DNA of 64,000 bases from Trueperaceae bacterium (GTDB taxonomy: Bacteria; Deinococcota; Deinococci; Deinococcales; Trueperaceae). Both the position numbers and the translations under genes were made by a program. Where the stretch lies: assembly GCA_965213705.1 (NCBI GenBank), contig OZ243913.1, positions 2,144,001 to 2,208,000 on the forward strand. Reading direction: 5' to 3'. A model generated the notes under the pieces. That model saw only the letters and a program-made list of their open reading frames with translations, had not been told where the DNA came from and made no database searches. This document shows positions 38,661-48,867 of this stretch, in pieces; position 1 is the stretch's first letter, and each line of letters opens with the position of its first letter.

Positions 38661-39923
38661 CTACATATTCTCAATCAGCGCCGAGCCGAACTCGCTCGTT
38701 TTGAGCAGGGTCGCGTTATCCATCAAACGTTCGAAGTCGTACGTCACGCGCTTTTGCGAAATCGTCTTGCTCATGCTGGTCAGGATGAGGTCGGCGGCGT
38801 CGTTCCAGCCCATGTAGCGCAACATCATCTCGCCGGACAAGATGACCGAGGAAGGGTTCACCTTGTCCTGACCGGCGTACTTCGGCGCGGTGCCGTGGGT
38901 CGCCTCGAACACGGCGTGACCCGAGACGTAGTTGATGTTCGCGCCCGGCGCGATGCCTATGCCGCCCACTTGCGCGGCGAGCGCGTCCGAGATGTAGTCA
39001 CCGTTTAGGTTCATAGTCGCGAGCACGCTGTACTCGGCGGGGCGCAGGATGATTTGCTGGAGCATGGCGTCGGCGATGACGTCTTTGACGGTGATGGTGG
39101 TGCCTGTCGCAGGGTTTTTCAGGGTGTGCCAGGGGCCGCCGTCGAGGGGCGTCGCGCCGAACTCACGCGCGGCCAACTCATAACCCCAGTCGCGGAACGC
39201 GCCCTCGGTAAACTTCATGATGTTGCCCTTGTGAACCAGGGTGACGCTGTCTTTGTCGTTGGCAATCGCGTAGTTGATGGCGGCGCGTACGAGTCGGTCG
39301 GTACCCTCGCGTGAAGTCGGCTTAATCCCAATCCCCGCCGTGTCGGGAAAGCGGATTTTTTCGTAGGATTCGGGGAAGTTTTCTTTGAGCAGCTCGAGAA
39401 ACTTTTCAGCCTCCTTTGAGCCCTCTTTGTATTCGATGCCCGCGTAGATGTCCTCGGTGTTCTCGCGGAAAATTATCATGTCGACGGCCTCGGGATTTTT
39501 GACCGGGCTCGGCACGCCCTGGAAATACTGCACCGGGCGCACGCAGGCGTATAAGTCCATCCGTTGCCGAATCGCCACGTTGATACTTCTGATGCCGCCG
39601 CCGACCGGGGTGGTCAAGGGTCCTTTGATACCGACGAGGTACTCGTCGAGCGCGTCGATCGTCTCGTCCGGCAGCCACACGACCTCGCCGTAAACGTCGT
39701 TCGCCTTGTCGCCCGCGTAGACCTCCATCCAGGCGATTTCTTTCTGGCCGCCGTAGGCCTTTTTAACGGCCGCGTCGAGCACGCGTTTGGAAGCCGCCCA
39801 AATGTCCGGCCCGGTGCCGTCGCCCTCGATAAAACCGACGATGGGCCGGTCGGAAACCTGCAGGTGGCCGTCTTGAATGGTGATTTTGTCGCCTTCGGGG
39901 ACCGTAATGTGTTGGTAGCTCAT
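38661..39923 (-). CDS. icd: NADP-dependent isocitrate dehydrogenase
   Basis: [39 protein letters not shown] and [12 protein letters not shown] motifs. Confidence 0.98.
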   Translation of the reverse strand: MSYQHITVPEGDKITIQDGHLQVSDRPIVGFIEGDGTGPDIWAASKRVLDAAVKKAYGGQKEIAWMEVYAGDKANDVYGEVVWLPDETIDALDEYLVGIKGPLTTPVGGGIRSINVAIRQRMDLYACVRPVQYFQGVPSPVKNPEAVDMIIFRENTEDIYAGIEYKEGSKEAEKFLELLKENFPESYEKIRFPDTAGIGIKPTSREGTDRLVRAAINYAIANDKDSVTLVHKGNIMKFTEGAFRDWGYELAAREFGATPLDGGPWHTLKNPATGTTITVKDVIADAMLQQIILRPAEYSVLATMNLNGDYISDALAAQVGGIGIAPGANINYVSGHAVFEATHGTAPKYAGQDKVNPSSVILSGEMMLRYMGWNDAADLILTSMSKTISQKRVTYDFERLMDNATLLKTSEFGSALIENM

Positions 39924-40145
39924 AGTTCTCCTTCATACGTGCTGGCACGAATTTTGTTTGCGGTTCGACACGAAAGTTGGTCTCGAAATCTTAGGGTCGA
40001 CCCAAAGCTTCTACAGGCCTCTAACTATACACTCGAGCTTCGTGGGTTCTACATGGACTTTGCCGTTTGAGATTTTTAGGGGTACGGACGGGGTCGCAAC
40101 GCACAAGAAAACGCGGCCCTCACCTGAGAACCGCGTTCTGAAAAC

Positions 40146-40191
40146 TGGTAGCGACGGAGAGACTTGAACTCTCGACCTCACAATTATGAGT
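40146..40191 (-). tRNA. 3' half only of a tRNA with CAU anticodon (Met or Ile2); att site
   Basis: ACTCATAATTGTGAGGTCGAGAGTTCAAGTCTCTCCGTCGCTACCA covers anticodon loop, T-arm and CCA. No D-arm or 5' acceptor strand upstream. Confidence 0.88.
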
Positions 40192-40287
40192 CATTCCGGG
40201 GGCAATTTCACCTGTTTTGGCTCCGTTATATTTAGTGTGATTAGTTGCGTTCCAGACGGTGCTTCTACGCTTTTGCTCTCGAACCTT

Positions 40288-40338
40288 GTTTGGGCACGTT
40301 TGGGCCTGTTTTGAACAGTTGGCACACTTTTGGCACAC
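40288..40338. repeat. Putative integrase arm-type binding sites
   Basis: GTTTGGGC twice (40288, 40298) and TTGGCACAC twice (40319, 40330), 100-150 bp from the att core. Confidence 0.55.
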
Positions 40339-40834
40339 AAATCTGAGCCTCGTTTTGCCCTCCAGCAGCGAAAATTTGGTTTGTAGGCGTGTAGACTCGA
40401 GCTTGTTTATCACGAGGCGATTCTGTCGGTGTCAGGCGCGTTTCGACAAGGAACCCCCAGCGAACGCTGCCCGAACCGCCAAGGTTCACTCACCTTTGTT
40501 CTGATTCCTCTGGTCGCTTCTCGGCACTTTGAAGCCTGTTTTCTTTCGTACTGTTCCTTTAGCCTGCACTGTCAAAAGCCAAGTTGAACCGAACCTGCCC
40601 CCTGAGTTTAGACTCGCTTCGAGAACGGAAGGGCGTGTTTGGGTGAGGTATACTGAGTCATTATTTGGATAATTGGCTTGGGGGGCCGATGGGGGATCCA
40701 ACTAAAAAGCAGTTAAACCTTTCTTTCGCCAACGACATTTGCGCTCAAAAAGAGCGCGCCACTGCGCTCAAGCAACAGCTTCTGATCGACCTTTGGTGTC
40801 TTTATCCAGACTTGTACCGGCGCCTGCAACGTAG

Positions 40835-41848
40835 GTGTTTCCGTCGTTTGCAGCCAGTAGTTGTTTGATGAACCCCAGCGTAGGCAGCTACCTGAGTTCG
40901 TATCTGGTTGTCGCCCACGCCCTCAGTGTGAAAGACGCCTACCGTTTGGCGCGCATCTTTTTGCACCGCACGAGGCGATACCGAACCCCGCGCTTCGAAT
41001 TTTACTACCAGCGCTATCGACGCACTCACGTTGACCCGTTGGAGGAACGCTCTCTAGCTGCCTTTGACACCTTCGTCGCCACTGCCAAGCTTCAAGTTGT
41101 TGTCGACGAACTCTGGCACGTCCTCGACAACTGGATGACAAACGTCTTTGTCTACCGCGACGCATTCCCCGTCTTGCCGCCCACGATGTTCTACCCGCCG
41201 CTGCAGGTCGTTGTTCTCGAGGAGCATCCCGACCTCGCCGTCGTCCCGGAACTCAAAGACGCGATGCGGGTCTCGCAGTGGTTGGCCTTGTCAGATGAGT
41301 TGGTGGAAGCGTACCAAGTCGCCATCGACCAGTGGCGGCGTGAGTTTGACGTAGAAGTCACCTGGTCTCGCGAGTTCGAACGCCTCCGCGACGTTTACCT
41401 GCGCGAGGTAACGGCGAGCTGGGACTGGGGCAAGTATAAAAAGACCGAGCACGCCACCGTCTTATTTGCGCTGCGTGAGGTCGAGGGGGTCGGCAACGAC
41501 ATCCTCGCCGAGGCGTTCTCGTTGGCGAAGTCCACTGTTCAGGGCCACATACGCGATATTGAGACGACGATTGGCTACAAACGTAAGCTATTTGGCGGTC
41601 ACCGGGGCGGCAGACACAGCCAAGACCGCAAGGACGCCTTGAAAACGCTCGAGCGCCGCCTGGCAGCCTACGACGCACGCCGAGAGCAGGCGCAGCGGTT
41701 GGCCCAACGGTGGGTGCCGGTGCGAGGCTACGACCTGGAAGCGTACGAAGCCACCGCCGAACCGCTCCGGCAAATCGTAGCACCACCCCCCGACCAGGCA
41801 CTTCCTTTCGTGCCTCGCCTGCGTGCCAAAGGCGATGAGTGGGCATGA
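40835..41848 (+). CDS. Hypothetical protein with a C-terminal HTH-like segment (start uncertain)
   Basis: 337-aa ORF; NDILAEAFSLAKSTVQGHIRDI resembles an HTH. Confidence 0.6.
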   Translation: MFPSFAASSCLMNPSVGSYLSSYLVVAHALSVKDAYRLARIFLHRTRRYRTPRFEFYYQRYRRTHVDPLEERSLAAFDTFVATAKLQVVVDELWHVLDNWMTNVFVYRDAFPVLPPTMFYPPLQVVVLEEHPDLAVVPELKDAMRVSQWLALSDELVEAYQVAIDQWRREFDVEVTWSREFERLRDVYLREVTASWDWGKYKKTEHATVLFALREVEGVGNDILAEAFSLAKSTVQGHIRDIETTIGYKRKLFGGHRGGRHSQDRKDALKTLERRLAAYDARREQAQRLAQRWVPVRGYDLEAYEATAEPLRQIVAPPPDQALPFVPRLRAKGDEWA

Positions 41849-42003
41849 TGGCGGTTGGGCGACCGACCCATTTAGCCAGACGGCCCGACCCCATTTGTCA
41901 CGGCAGCCGAACCTTTTAACCGAGCCGACCGGCTCTATGTAAGTTGGTGACCCCTTGCTAGGCTCTGGACGGGTCCGGACCCAAGCCAGCAAAAGGGAGT
42001 CAC

Positions 42004-42213
42004 ATGATGTCTAACAAGCTCGAAGGAATCGACTACGTGACAAAACGCACGGGGTGGTGCGTTTACGACCTCGTCGCTCAAGGGCTGCTCCCGGCAGTGA
42101 GGGCGGGGCGACGCCTTTACTTCGACCCGCAGCAGCTCGAAGCTTGGATCGAACAAGGCGGCCGCGCGAGTACATCAGAAGGCGTTGCTGAACCGTGGGT
42201 ATCCGGGCCATGA
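42004..42213 (+). CDS. Excisionase/AlpA-like HTH protein
   Basis: VYDLVAQGLLPAVRAGRRLYFDPQQLEAWIEQGG; GGGAG RBS. Confidence 0.85.
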   Translation: MMSNKLEGIDYVTKRTGWCVYDLVAQGLLPAVRAGRRLYFDPQQLEAWIEQGGRASTSEGVAEPWVSGP

Positions 42214-42713
42214 GGTGGGCCTGGACCTGGCCCTTGTCGCCGACCCAAAAGCTCACCCTCGTCGCCCTCGCCTGGCACAGCGACGGCCACGGCCACTGCT
42301 GGCCCAGCCAGGCGCGCCTCGCCCGGCTTTCGGGACTCAGCGAGCGCACCGTGCGTCGAGCGGTGAGAGACCTCGAGACCCAGCAGCTTCTCCGCCGCCA
42401 CAAGCGCACCACCGAAGCCGGGGCCGCAACGAGCGACCTCTACGTTCTGCAGCTCACGACCCACCCCCCGGACACGGTGACCGCCCCCAGCGGACAGGCT
42501 GACCTCCCGGTGCGGACAGACAAGGTCGCGCCCCCCGGACAGGGTGACCGCCAAAAGGGTTTGAAAGGTCATCTAAAGGGTTGGGAAAAAATCGAACAAG
42601 ACCGCCAACGCGCTGAAGAAGCCGCTGACGTGTTCTGGAGCGACCAAGAACCTGCCCAAGACCGAGAGCGGTGGCTGCGGCTCCTCAAGGGCACACCCCC
42701 GGAGACAAGCTGA
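42195..42713 (+). CDS. Phage/MGE replication initiator with N-terminal winged helix (HTH_36-like)
   Basis: AMRWAW..LSPTQKLTLVALA...CWPSQARLARLSGLSERTVRRAVRDLE; internal iteron-like repeats. Confidence 0.8.
   Translation: MGIRAMRWAWTWPLSPTQKLTLVALAWHSDGHGHCWPSQARLARLSGLSERTVRRAVRDLETQQLLRRHKRTTEAGAATSDLYVLQLTTHPPDTVTAPSGQADLPVRTDKVAPPGQGDRQKGLKGHLKGWEKIEQDRQRAEEAADVFWSDQEPAQDRERWLRLLKGTPPETS
42464..42552 (+). repeat. Iteron-like repeats inside rep (putative origin)
   Basis: CCCCCCGGACA(C/G)GGTGACCGCC at 42464 and 42531, plus CGGACAGGCTGACC (42491) and CGGACAG (42513). Confidence 0.65.
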
Positions 42714-42950
42714 CGCTGAGGCCACGTCAACCCCGAACCACCCTGTAGGCAGGATAAGCGTCCGCGCTCGCGCCTGGCCTAAGTCGCAACAAACTTGTCT
42801 ACCACCCATTTCAACCGCTTTGCCACACAGCGCGGACCGTGTACCTTCCGCGCGGAAGGAAACTTATGCCCAAACAACCCATCACCACCTGGCTGCGGCC
42901 GCACATTTACAAGCACCTTCAAGACCTCGCCGGGGCCAAAGGCTTGACCG

Positions 42951-43244
42951 TCACGCCCGCTCCTGACCTCGGACCAGGTGCGAATGCTGCCGCGAGACAA
43001 GACCGTCATTTTCAGCGACAACTACCCACCCATCCTCGCGGACCGGCTGGGGTATCAGAACATGCGGGTGTTGAAGGCGCGGAGTGAGTTCGGTCCGACG
43101 AGCATCCCCAAGGCTTCCCTACGCCCTACAACCAAGCCTTTGACGCTATTGGGAGACGGAACGTTCACCAAACCCGAGAAGAGCAAACCACTTTCAGAGG
43201 AAGCAGAGCAAGGAAGGTACATCGATCCGGAAACGCAGGCTTGA
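42951..43244 (+). pseudogene. C-terminal fragment of a VirD4/TraG-type coupling protein
   Basis: SRPLLTSDQVRMLPRDKTVIFSDNYPPILADRLGY resembles the T4CP RPLLTPDEV..LP..E..I....PI...K..Y tail; in-frame stop immediately upstream. Confidence 0.6.
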
Positions 43245-43321
43245 GTCGCGCAGTTAAAAAAGTCTCAACCGGCCACAGTGGGAGTAGCCAGTCAACCGTC
43301 CCGCTGTGGCTGCTCTCTAGT

Positions 43322-44570
43322 TCGTTCATCCCCACGCACGTGGGGAATAGGTCATCCTTTTCCTTCCTTGTCTTCGCTTTTACGGTTCATCCCCACGTGC
43401 GTGGGGAACAGCTCCTAACACAACCGACTTGTTGGCCCAAAGACGGTTCATCCCCACGTGCGTGGGGAACAGGTTCGCGTGGCAATGGCCCGAGTAGCGC
43501 CACTCGGTTCATCCCCACGTGCGTGGGGAACAGTCTTTTGGTTTGTAAGTTTGTAGTGCTGTCTACGGTTCATCCCCACGTGCGTGGGGAACAGATTACC
43601 AGCCCCAGGCTGCTAGAGTTGTCTTGCGGTTCATCCCCACGTGCGTGGGGAACAGCGTCGTCTAAATCCTTGCGCTGCTTGAAGGCGCGGTTCATCCCCA
43701 CGTGCGTGGGGAACAGACTTGTACCGATGCTCGCCAAAGCAAGCTCGGCGGTTCATCCCCACGTGCGTGGGGAACAGGTTGAAGGCGTCCATCGCGCCCG
43801 ACGTGACGGCGGTTCATCCCCACGTGCGTGGGGAACAGGTCTCGCGTGGCGGGCTGCTGGGCTTCTTAGGCGGTTCATCCCCACGTGCGTGGGGAACAGG
43901 TCCTCTACTATCGGCAGCTGCGGCAGGTTGGCGGTTCATCCCCACGTGCGTGGGGAACAGGGGTCGGGTGGGTCGGAAGGCAAGGGCAACTTCGGTTCAT
44001 CCCCACGTGCGTGGGGAACAGGGTAGCGGAAAGCGGGCCGCTGTGAATTGTTCCGGTTCATCCCCACGTGCGTGGGGAACAGCCCACCAAGAACGAACGC
44101 GGCACTCGCGTCTGCGGTTCATCCCCACGTGCGTGGGGAACAGGTTGGCGAGCACCGGGTCGACCTCGGTCGGGTCGGTTCATCCCCACGTGCGTGGGGA
44201 ACAGGCGGGTGTACTTGCTTGCGGCTGGTGCCATTACGGTTCATCCCCACGTGCGTGGGGAACAGAACAGGGTCACACCAATAACTTCGAACTCCCACGG
44301 TTCATCCCCACGTGCGTGGGGAACAGGACACGGTAGTTGCGGCGGTTCCCCAGTATCTCGGTTCATCCCCACGTGCGTGGGGAACAGTGAACGACATAAA
44401 AAACAAACTCGAACACGCTCGGTTCATCCCCACGTGCGTGGGGAACAGCTTGCTGTTGTGGTCGGCGTGGTCGTACTTCTCGGTTCATCCCCACGTGCGT
44501 GGGGAACAGGGCGTCGTTTATGCTATTTAGGACGGTTCCGACGGTTCATCCCCACGTGCGTGGGGAACAG
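43322..44570 (-). CRISPR. Type I-E CRISPR array 1: 21 repeats, 20 spacers of 32 nt
   Basis: Repeat (+) CGGTTCATCCCCACGTGCGTGGGGAACAG with 61-bp period; degenerate terminal repeat at 43322; leader on the right. Confidence 0.98.
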
Positions 44571-44632
44571 ACTAGACCAGCACGTAAAAACTAGCCTTCG
44601 GAGGCCCCTATGTCTCCTTTAGAGTTGTCATG
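44571..44632 (-). promoter_or_regulatory. Leader of array 1, overlapping the 3' end of cas2
   Basis: ACTAGACC...AAAAACTA...AGTTGTCA is shared with the array 2 leader at 58377-58440. Confidence 0.8.
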
Positions 44633-44944
44633 GTCCTCAGCGGGTTCGACGAACATCTGTTCCCAGGCTGCATTTTTCACCGCCACCAATTGTACGCCAT
44701 CCAAGTCGATGACGCTTCGCTCGACATCGCCCGCCATACGAATGGCGAACCCTTGTTCGTTGTTGACTCGGTAAACCTGACAGCAGCGGCCTGTGCGCTT
44801 ACTCTCTTCGCACTTTTCCCACAGTAGGTCGCGCACGAGCGCGCTCAACTTGCCGACGAACACGCCGGTGGACACCTCAATCATCCAGCGGCTCAACTCG
44901 CCCCGCAAACTCGCCGGCACCTTCTCTAAAGTCATTACCACCAT
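44591..44944 (-). CDS. cas2: Type I-E Cas2
   Basis: MVVMTLEKVPASLRGELSRWMIEVSTGVFVG..SALVRD.LW, NNEQGF and DLDG..LV motifs. Confidence 0.96.
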   Translation of the reverse strand: MVVMTLEKVPASLRGELSRWMIEVSTGVFVGKLSALVRDLLWEKCEESKRTGRCCQVYRVNNEQGFAIRMAGDVERSVIDLDGVQLVAVKNAAWEQMFVEPAEDHDNSKGDIGASEG

Positions 44945-45860
44945 AGCTCACACCTCCTTTCACATCGCCGCCCGGGTCCCACAGCTCGCCGGGAGCTGCG
45001 CCGTCCGCCGCGAAACGTTCACCGTTTTCAGAATCGCCGCTGAACAGGCTGTGCAGGTCGCTGACGACGCGCTCGAGCAGCCGACTCTCGCGCATGGCGT
45101 CCCGAAGCCGGTGGCGGATGCGGCTTTCGACGCCTTCAGCGGATTCGCCCACCGTTTCGAACGCGGCGGGCACGACCACCTCGGTTTTGTACAGGTCGGC
45201 GATGTCGTAGACGAAAGAAAGTTGCTTGCCGGTGTGGACGAAGCCGAGCGCGGGGCTGTAGCCCGCCGAGACGATGCCCGCGTGGCAGACGCCGTACAAA
45301 CAGGCCGCCCCCGCCGAAAGCGCCCGGTTGATGGGGTCGGCGTTGCCCCAACTGCCGCGGCGGTACGAGCGGCCCGACCACGCCACGCCCGCTTCGGCGC
45401 TCGCTCTAGCGTAAATGGTGCGCACCCGCACACCTTCCTTGCCGCGAATCTGTTGCAGGGTGAGGCCGGGCTCGAGGCCGTCCGTAAAACGCATGGTGTA
45501 CATCTGCCGGACGACGTTCAGGTGTTTAACCGGGTCGGCCCACCACTGGGCTTGCCGCATGAGGTTGGCGCTGCTGCGCGTTTCACCCAAACCGCTCGCG
45601 TAGAAGCGCACGCCTTCCTCGCCGACCCAATTGACCAAGCAGCCGTTGTCGGCCAGCGCCTTGACGGCTTCGTGCGTGATGCTGGTGCCGGGGCCGAGCA
45701 TGAGGACGCCCAAGCTGGATACCGGCACGCTGACCTTGCCCTCCGCGCCGTACCAGGCAACGGCTTTGGCTTCTTGTTCGATGCGCCCGCGTTCGATGTA
45801 GAGGTACGAGAGGCTGTCGCGGAACTTGGGGAGTTCGCGGAGGTTTTTCGACGTTGCCAT
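44877..45860 (-). CDS. cas1: Type I-E Cas1
   Basis: LMLGPGTSITH, WVGEEGVRFYA, RGKEGVRVR and GYSPALGFVHTG..LSFVYDIADLYK motifs. Confidence 0.97.
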   Translation of the reverse strand: MATSKNLRELPKFRDSLSYLYIERGRIEQEAKAVAWYGAEGKVSVPVSSLGVLMLGPGTSITHEAVKALADNGCLVNWVGEEGVRFYASGLGETRSSANLMRQAQWWADPVKHLNVVRQMYTMRFTDGLEPGLTLQQIRGKEGVRVRTIYARASAEAGVAWSGRSYRRGSWGNADPINRALSAGAACLYGVCHAGIVSAGYSPALGFVHTGKQLSFVYDIADLYKTEVVVPAAFETVGESAEGVESRIRHRLRDAMRESRLLERVVSDLHSLFSGDSENGERFAADGAAPGELWDPGGDVKGGVSYGGNDFREGAGEFAGRVEPLDD

Positions 45861-45861
45861 G

Positions 45862-46470
45862 TCAGCCTTTCGCAATCGAAAGGAGGCCCATACCGAAACC
45901 CTTGGCAGAACCGACGCCCGCTTTGAGAGTTGCTAAAAAAGCTGCCGGTTCCTCCACCACCAACCGCCCTTGGAAGGTAACGGCGTGAAGCGTCATAGTT
46001 TGGCTGTCCCGCTTTGCTTGAAGAGTTTCTTGTTGTAAGGGCGTGACGGACAAGAGGGCAAAACCACCCTGTTCCGCTTTGCGCTGAAGCCACTCGAGCT
46101 GCTCGTCTAAGTCGTATAAGGCCAGCCGCTTTTTCTTGTTCCCGACAGTACGCTTGACTGTGGGATTGGCTCGCAGGTGAAACGTGAGGGTCTGACCTTG
46201 CGCAAAAGCGAGGTCTACAGCTTTAGACGCTGGAGCTTCTTTCAAGTAACTGGGGGGCACATCTTCGACAAGATACGACCAGTCCGGTTTGTGGAGCGTC
46301 TGCACTATAATGTTGATTTGGTTTTGTCCGTCGACCCGCCACAACAGCCGCTCATCCTCCTGCGCTACGCCCCGGCTCAGTGTGCGGTGAAGGTCGTAAG
46401 GGTTTTCTAGGTCACGGCGGGCTTTGGCGCTGCGCAGGTTCGGCGTGAGTTTGGAGAGGTACAGACTCAT
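45862..46470 (-). CDS. cas6e: Cas6e (Cse3/CasE)
   Basis: YDLHRTL, LRANPT, WL.RKAE.GGF and GVGSAKGFGMGLL motifs. Confidence 0.96.
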   Translation of the reverse strand: MSLYLSKLTPNLRSAKARRDLENPYDLHRTLSRGVAQEDERLLWRVDGQNQINIIVQTLHKPDWSYLVEDVPPSYLKEAPASKAVDLAFAQGQTLTFHLRANPTVKRTVGNKKKRLALYDLDEQLEWLQRKAEQGGFALLSVTPLQQETLQAKRDSQTMTLHAVTFQGRLVVEEPAAFLATLKAGVGSAKGFGMGLLSIAKG

Positions 46471-47132
46471 GCGGCGTCCTCGAAAGGGTTGGGGCGGCTC
46501 TCGACGAGCACGCGGCGCTGCCCGAACTTGCGTGTTGAGAACGGCCCGAGCGGCTGGTCGGCGCGGAGGTGTGTGCCCCGCGGGTCCTCGGTGGCAAAGC
46601 GCAGGGTCGCGCGCCCCGACGCCGCGGGGTGAAGGGGTGGAAAAGTCGTGAGAGCCGCGCCGAGGGGTTCGTCTCTCAGTCCTTTGGGCAAGTAAACGCC
46701 GGGGCTAGGTACGAAGGATTTACGACCCAGAGAGAGCGGCCAGTGAGGCGTTTTGAGGACTCGGTGGAGGGTAGCTAAAAAAGACTTATCGGGATGCTCG
46801 AGTCCGACCAGAAAAACTGCGTCCGCTAAGTAAAAGCGCTCGCTTACCGAGTTGCGCATGTTTCGGTTGCTGTTCAACCTGCCATCCGCCTGTACAATTT
46901 CTTGGGCGGTGTGGTAATCGCGTTTCAAAACACCTTCTTTATCCACCCGCACACCCATTTTGAGCGCCGCCAAGTCGCTCACGTCCTCGCTGCGGTCGCG
47001 CCCCAGGGCGGCGGCCAACAGCCCCACAACTCCGCTCTTACTGGGCTCTAGGTGTGTATCTCGCTGCTCGAAGCGGCTGCTCGTGCCCCAGGCCTGCATG
47101 GGTCCGGCGAGACGTAGTAGAAGCGTCGGCAT
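46467..47132 (-). CDS. cas5: Cas5 (CasD)
   Basis: LRLAGPMQAWG, PSKSGVVGLLAAALG, DYHT and LGRKS..P motifs. Confidence 0.96.
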   Translation of the reverse strand: MPTLLLRLAGPMQAWGTSSRFEQRDTHLEPSKSGVVGLLAAALGRDRSEDVSDLAALKMGVRVDKEGVLKRDYHTAQEIVQADGRLNSNRNMRNSVSERFYLADAVFLVGLEHPDKSFLATLHRVLKTPHWPLSLGRKSFVPSPGVYLPKGLRDEPLGAALTTFPPLHPAASGRATLRFATEDPRGTHLRADQPLGPFSTRKFGQRRVLVESRPNPFEDAA

Positions 47133-48289
47133 TACGCACCCACAGCACGTTTGGCTGCCGCGACGCTTGAGGTGACAACGTCCTCTAAGCTCTCGCGTAC
47201 GTTAGCCGCCAAGTGCGCCAAGTCGCCCGTCAACTTGAGCACCGCGACCTCGTTTGCGTCGCCCACACCGAGCGCTTTATCGAAGGCAGCCCACTGCTCG
47301 TCCAAACGCGCTACCGACGCCTCTGTAAGAGAATACTTCCGGTCCGGGCGCACAGGTTTTTCAAAGGCGTTGGCGAGGTTGCGCGGTGCGGCATCGGAGC
47401 GCACGCTCACGGCGAAAAAACCGGGCGGGTTGTGGGCTGCAAAGCTGTTCTGTTTGCCCGAAGGCGCGGCGAAGTAGCTCGCCTCGAGAAAAGCTTTGAG
47501 CCCCTTTTCTAAAAGCTGGCTGTCACCCTGTAAGTTGTCAGCCAGCTTTTCTAAGTCGAGCGCGATGTAGCGATAGTAGCAGGCGCTGTTGAATTCGACC
47601 GTGCCGAGCATGTCCGCGCCCGCGTTGTCCTCCGGTTTTAGGTCGTCTACAGCGGTGTAAAAATCGAACTCGCGCTGCACCGCGTTGGTGCTGATGGCGT
47701 GGGCTACCTGGCAGGCGGCGTCACGGTTTTTTTCGGGCAGGTCGGCGAGCATCCGCCCAAAGAGGGCCAAGTCTACGGCCTTGCCGCCGTCCAAACTTTT
47801 CTCGAGGGCGGCAACGAGGTCTTTCTGAACATTACCCTTCGCGTCCTTTTTCGACTTTTTCTTGTCATCTTCCGCTGGGATAGCTTTGCGCAGCTCATCC
47901 CAATATGCGTCGATGCTGTTTGCCATATCTCGGATTTCGCTTTTGCCCAGGTAAAGAAGATACTGCGTCTTGCCCTCGTCCACGCTGAGCGACAGGCCCG
48001 CCAACGCGAGTTCGACTACCTTCCCAGCTTCGGCCATGTTCCGGCCCTTTTGCTCGAGTTGCCCGACCAGCTCGGCGGTTATGCGTTTGGTACGCACGGC
48101 CAGCGCGTCATCCTCAAGAAGTTTCTCGGCGCGAACATAGGTCCGCATGGCTCGCTTCAAGCTTTGCGAACTGATGCGGGCGCGGCGGTAGCCGCCGAAC
48201 TCGCAGTCTTTGGGGCTGCCGGTGTCGTCACGGTTCAAGTTGCTGGGGGCGAAGTTTTGCAGGGCGTGGATTTCTAGGAGTGCTTTCAT
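47132..48289 (-). CDS. cas7: Cas7 (Cse4/CasC)
   Basis: [38 protein letters not shown] and PSGKQNSFA motifs. Confidence 0.97.
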   Translation of the reverse strand: MKALLEIHALQNFAPSNLNRDDTGSPKDCEFGGYRRARISSQSLKRAMRTYVRAEKLLEDDALAVRTKRITAELVGQLEQKGRNMAEAGKVVELALAGLSLSVDEGKTQYLLYLGKSEIRDMANSIDAYWDELRKAIPAEDDKKKSKKDAKGNVQKDLVAALEKSLDGGKAVDLALFGRMLADLPEKNRDAACQVAHAISTNAVQREFDFYTAVDDLKPEDNAGADMLGTVEFNSACYYRYIALDLEKLADNLQGDSQLLEKGLKAFLEASYFAAPSGKQNSFAAHNPPGFFAVSVRSDAAPRNLANAFEKPVRPDRKYSLTEASVARLDEQWAAFDKALGVGDANEVAVLKLTGDLAHLAANVRESLEDVVTSSVAAAKRAVGA

Positions 48290-48867
48290 CGGGGTCCTTT
48301 CTGGTTTTCTTTTGTGTCGGAGGTGTCGGGAACATCGGGGTTAAAGCCGTAGTACTGTTGCGCCCAGCGGCGCTGAACATAGCGGCTCTGGTTTTGCCAG
48401 CCAAAGAGGTCGCGGAGTAGTGCCGCGTAGTTTAGGCCGATGCCCTCAGCTTTTAGCAGGCTGACGAGTTGGCGCAAGTGGTAGACGAGCTGTTTCTCTT
48501 CTTCCGCAGCCAAGAGCGCGAGAAAACGTTTCTCCAGGCTCCCGCTCTCGCGCCTGTGACTAAGAACCGCCATTGCCTTGCCGAAACCCCCCTGAGAGGC
48601 GGACTCTGGATGAGAGGCGTAGAGCCCCGCGACGAGGTAGAACATGGCGCGTCGCCAGTAGCCTGTGCTTTCGTCCAGCGTTGCGACGAACGGCTCGACG
48701 TAGGGGAATGCTGGAACATGCGTGCCCAGGTCGAAGCTGAGACTTTTTCTAAGCTCGGCCAAGTGTTGCCGTTTGGCTCCCCGCGTTTTGGCCGGGTTGA
48801 GCTTATCCAGGCGATGAATAAAGCGTTCGGCTACATCTGTTCGTGTGCTCGAGGGCGTGTCTGTCAT
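48286..48867 (-). CDS. cas11: Cas11 (Cse2/CasB)
   Basis: [32 protein letters not shown] and WA..YY motifs. Confidence 0.94.
   Translation of the reverse strand: MTDTPSSTRTDVAERFIHRLDKLNPAKTRGAKRQHLAELRKSLSFDLGTHVPAFPYVEPFVATLDESTGYWRRAMFYLVAGLYASHPESASQGGFGKAMAVLSHRRESGSLEKRFLALLAAEEEKQLVYHLRQLVSLLKAEGIGLNYAALLRDLFGWQNQSRYVQRRWAQQYYGFNPDVPDTSDTKENQKGPR

Noticed and set aside
40146..40230. Complete tRNA gene
   Set aside because: No D-arm or 5' acceptor strand upstream of the anticodon loop; only the 3' half is present.
43241..44622. ORFs with repeated RFIPTCVGN/VHPHVRGEQ/GSSPRAWGT peptides (also near 56400-56670)
   Set aside because: These are translations of CRISPR repeats, not genes.
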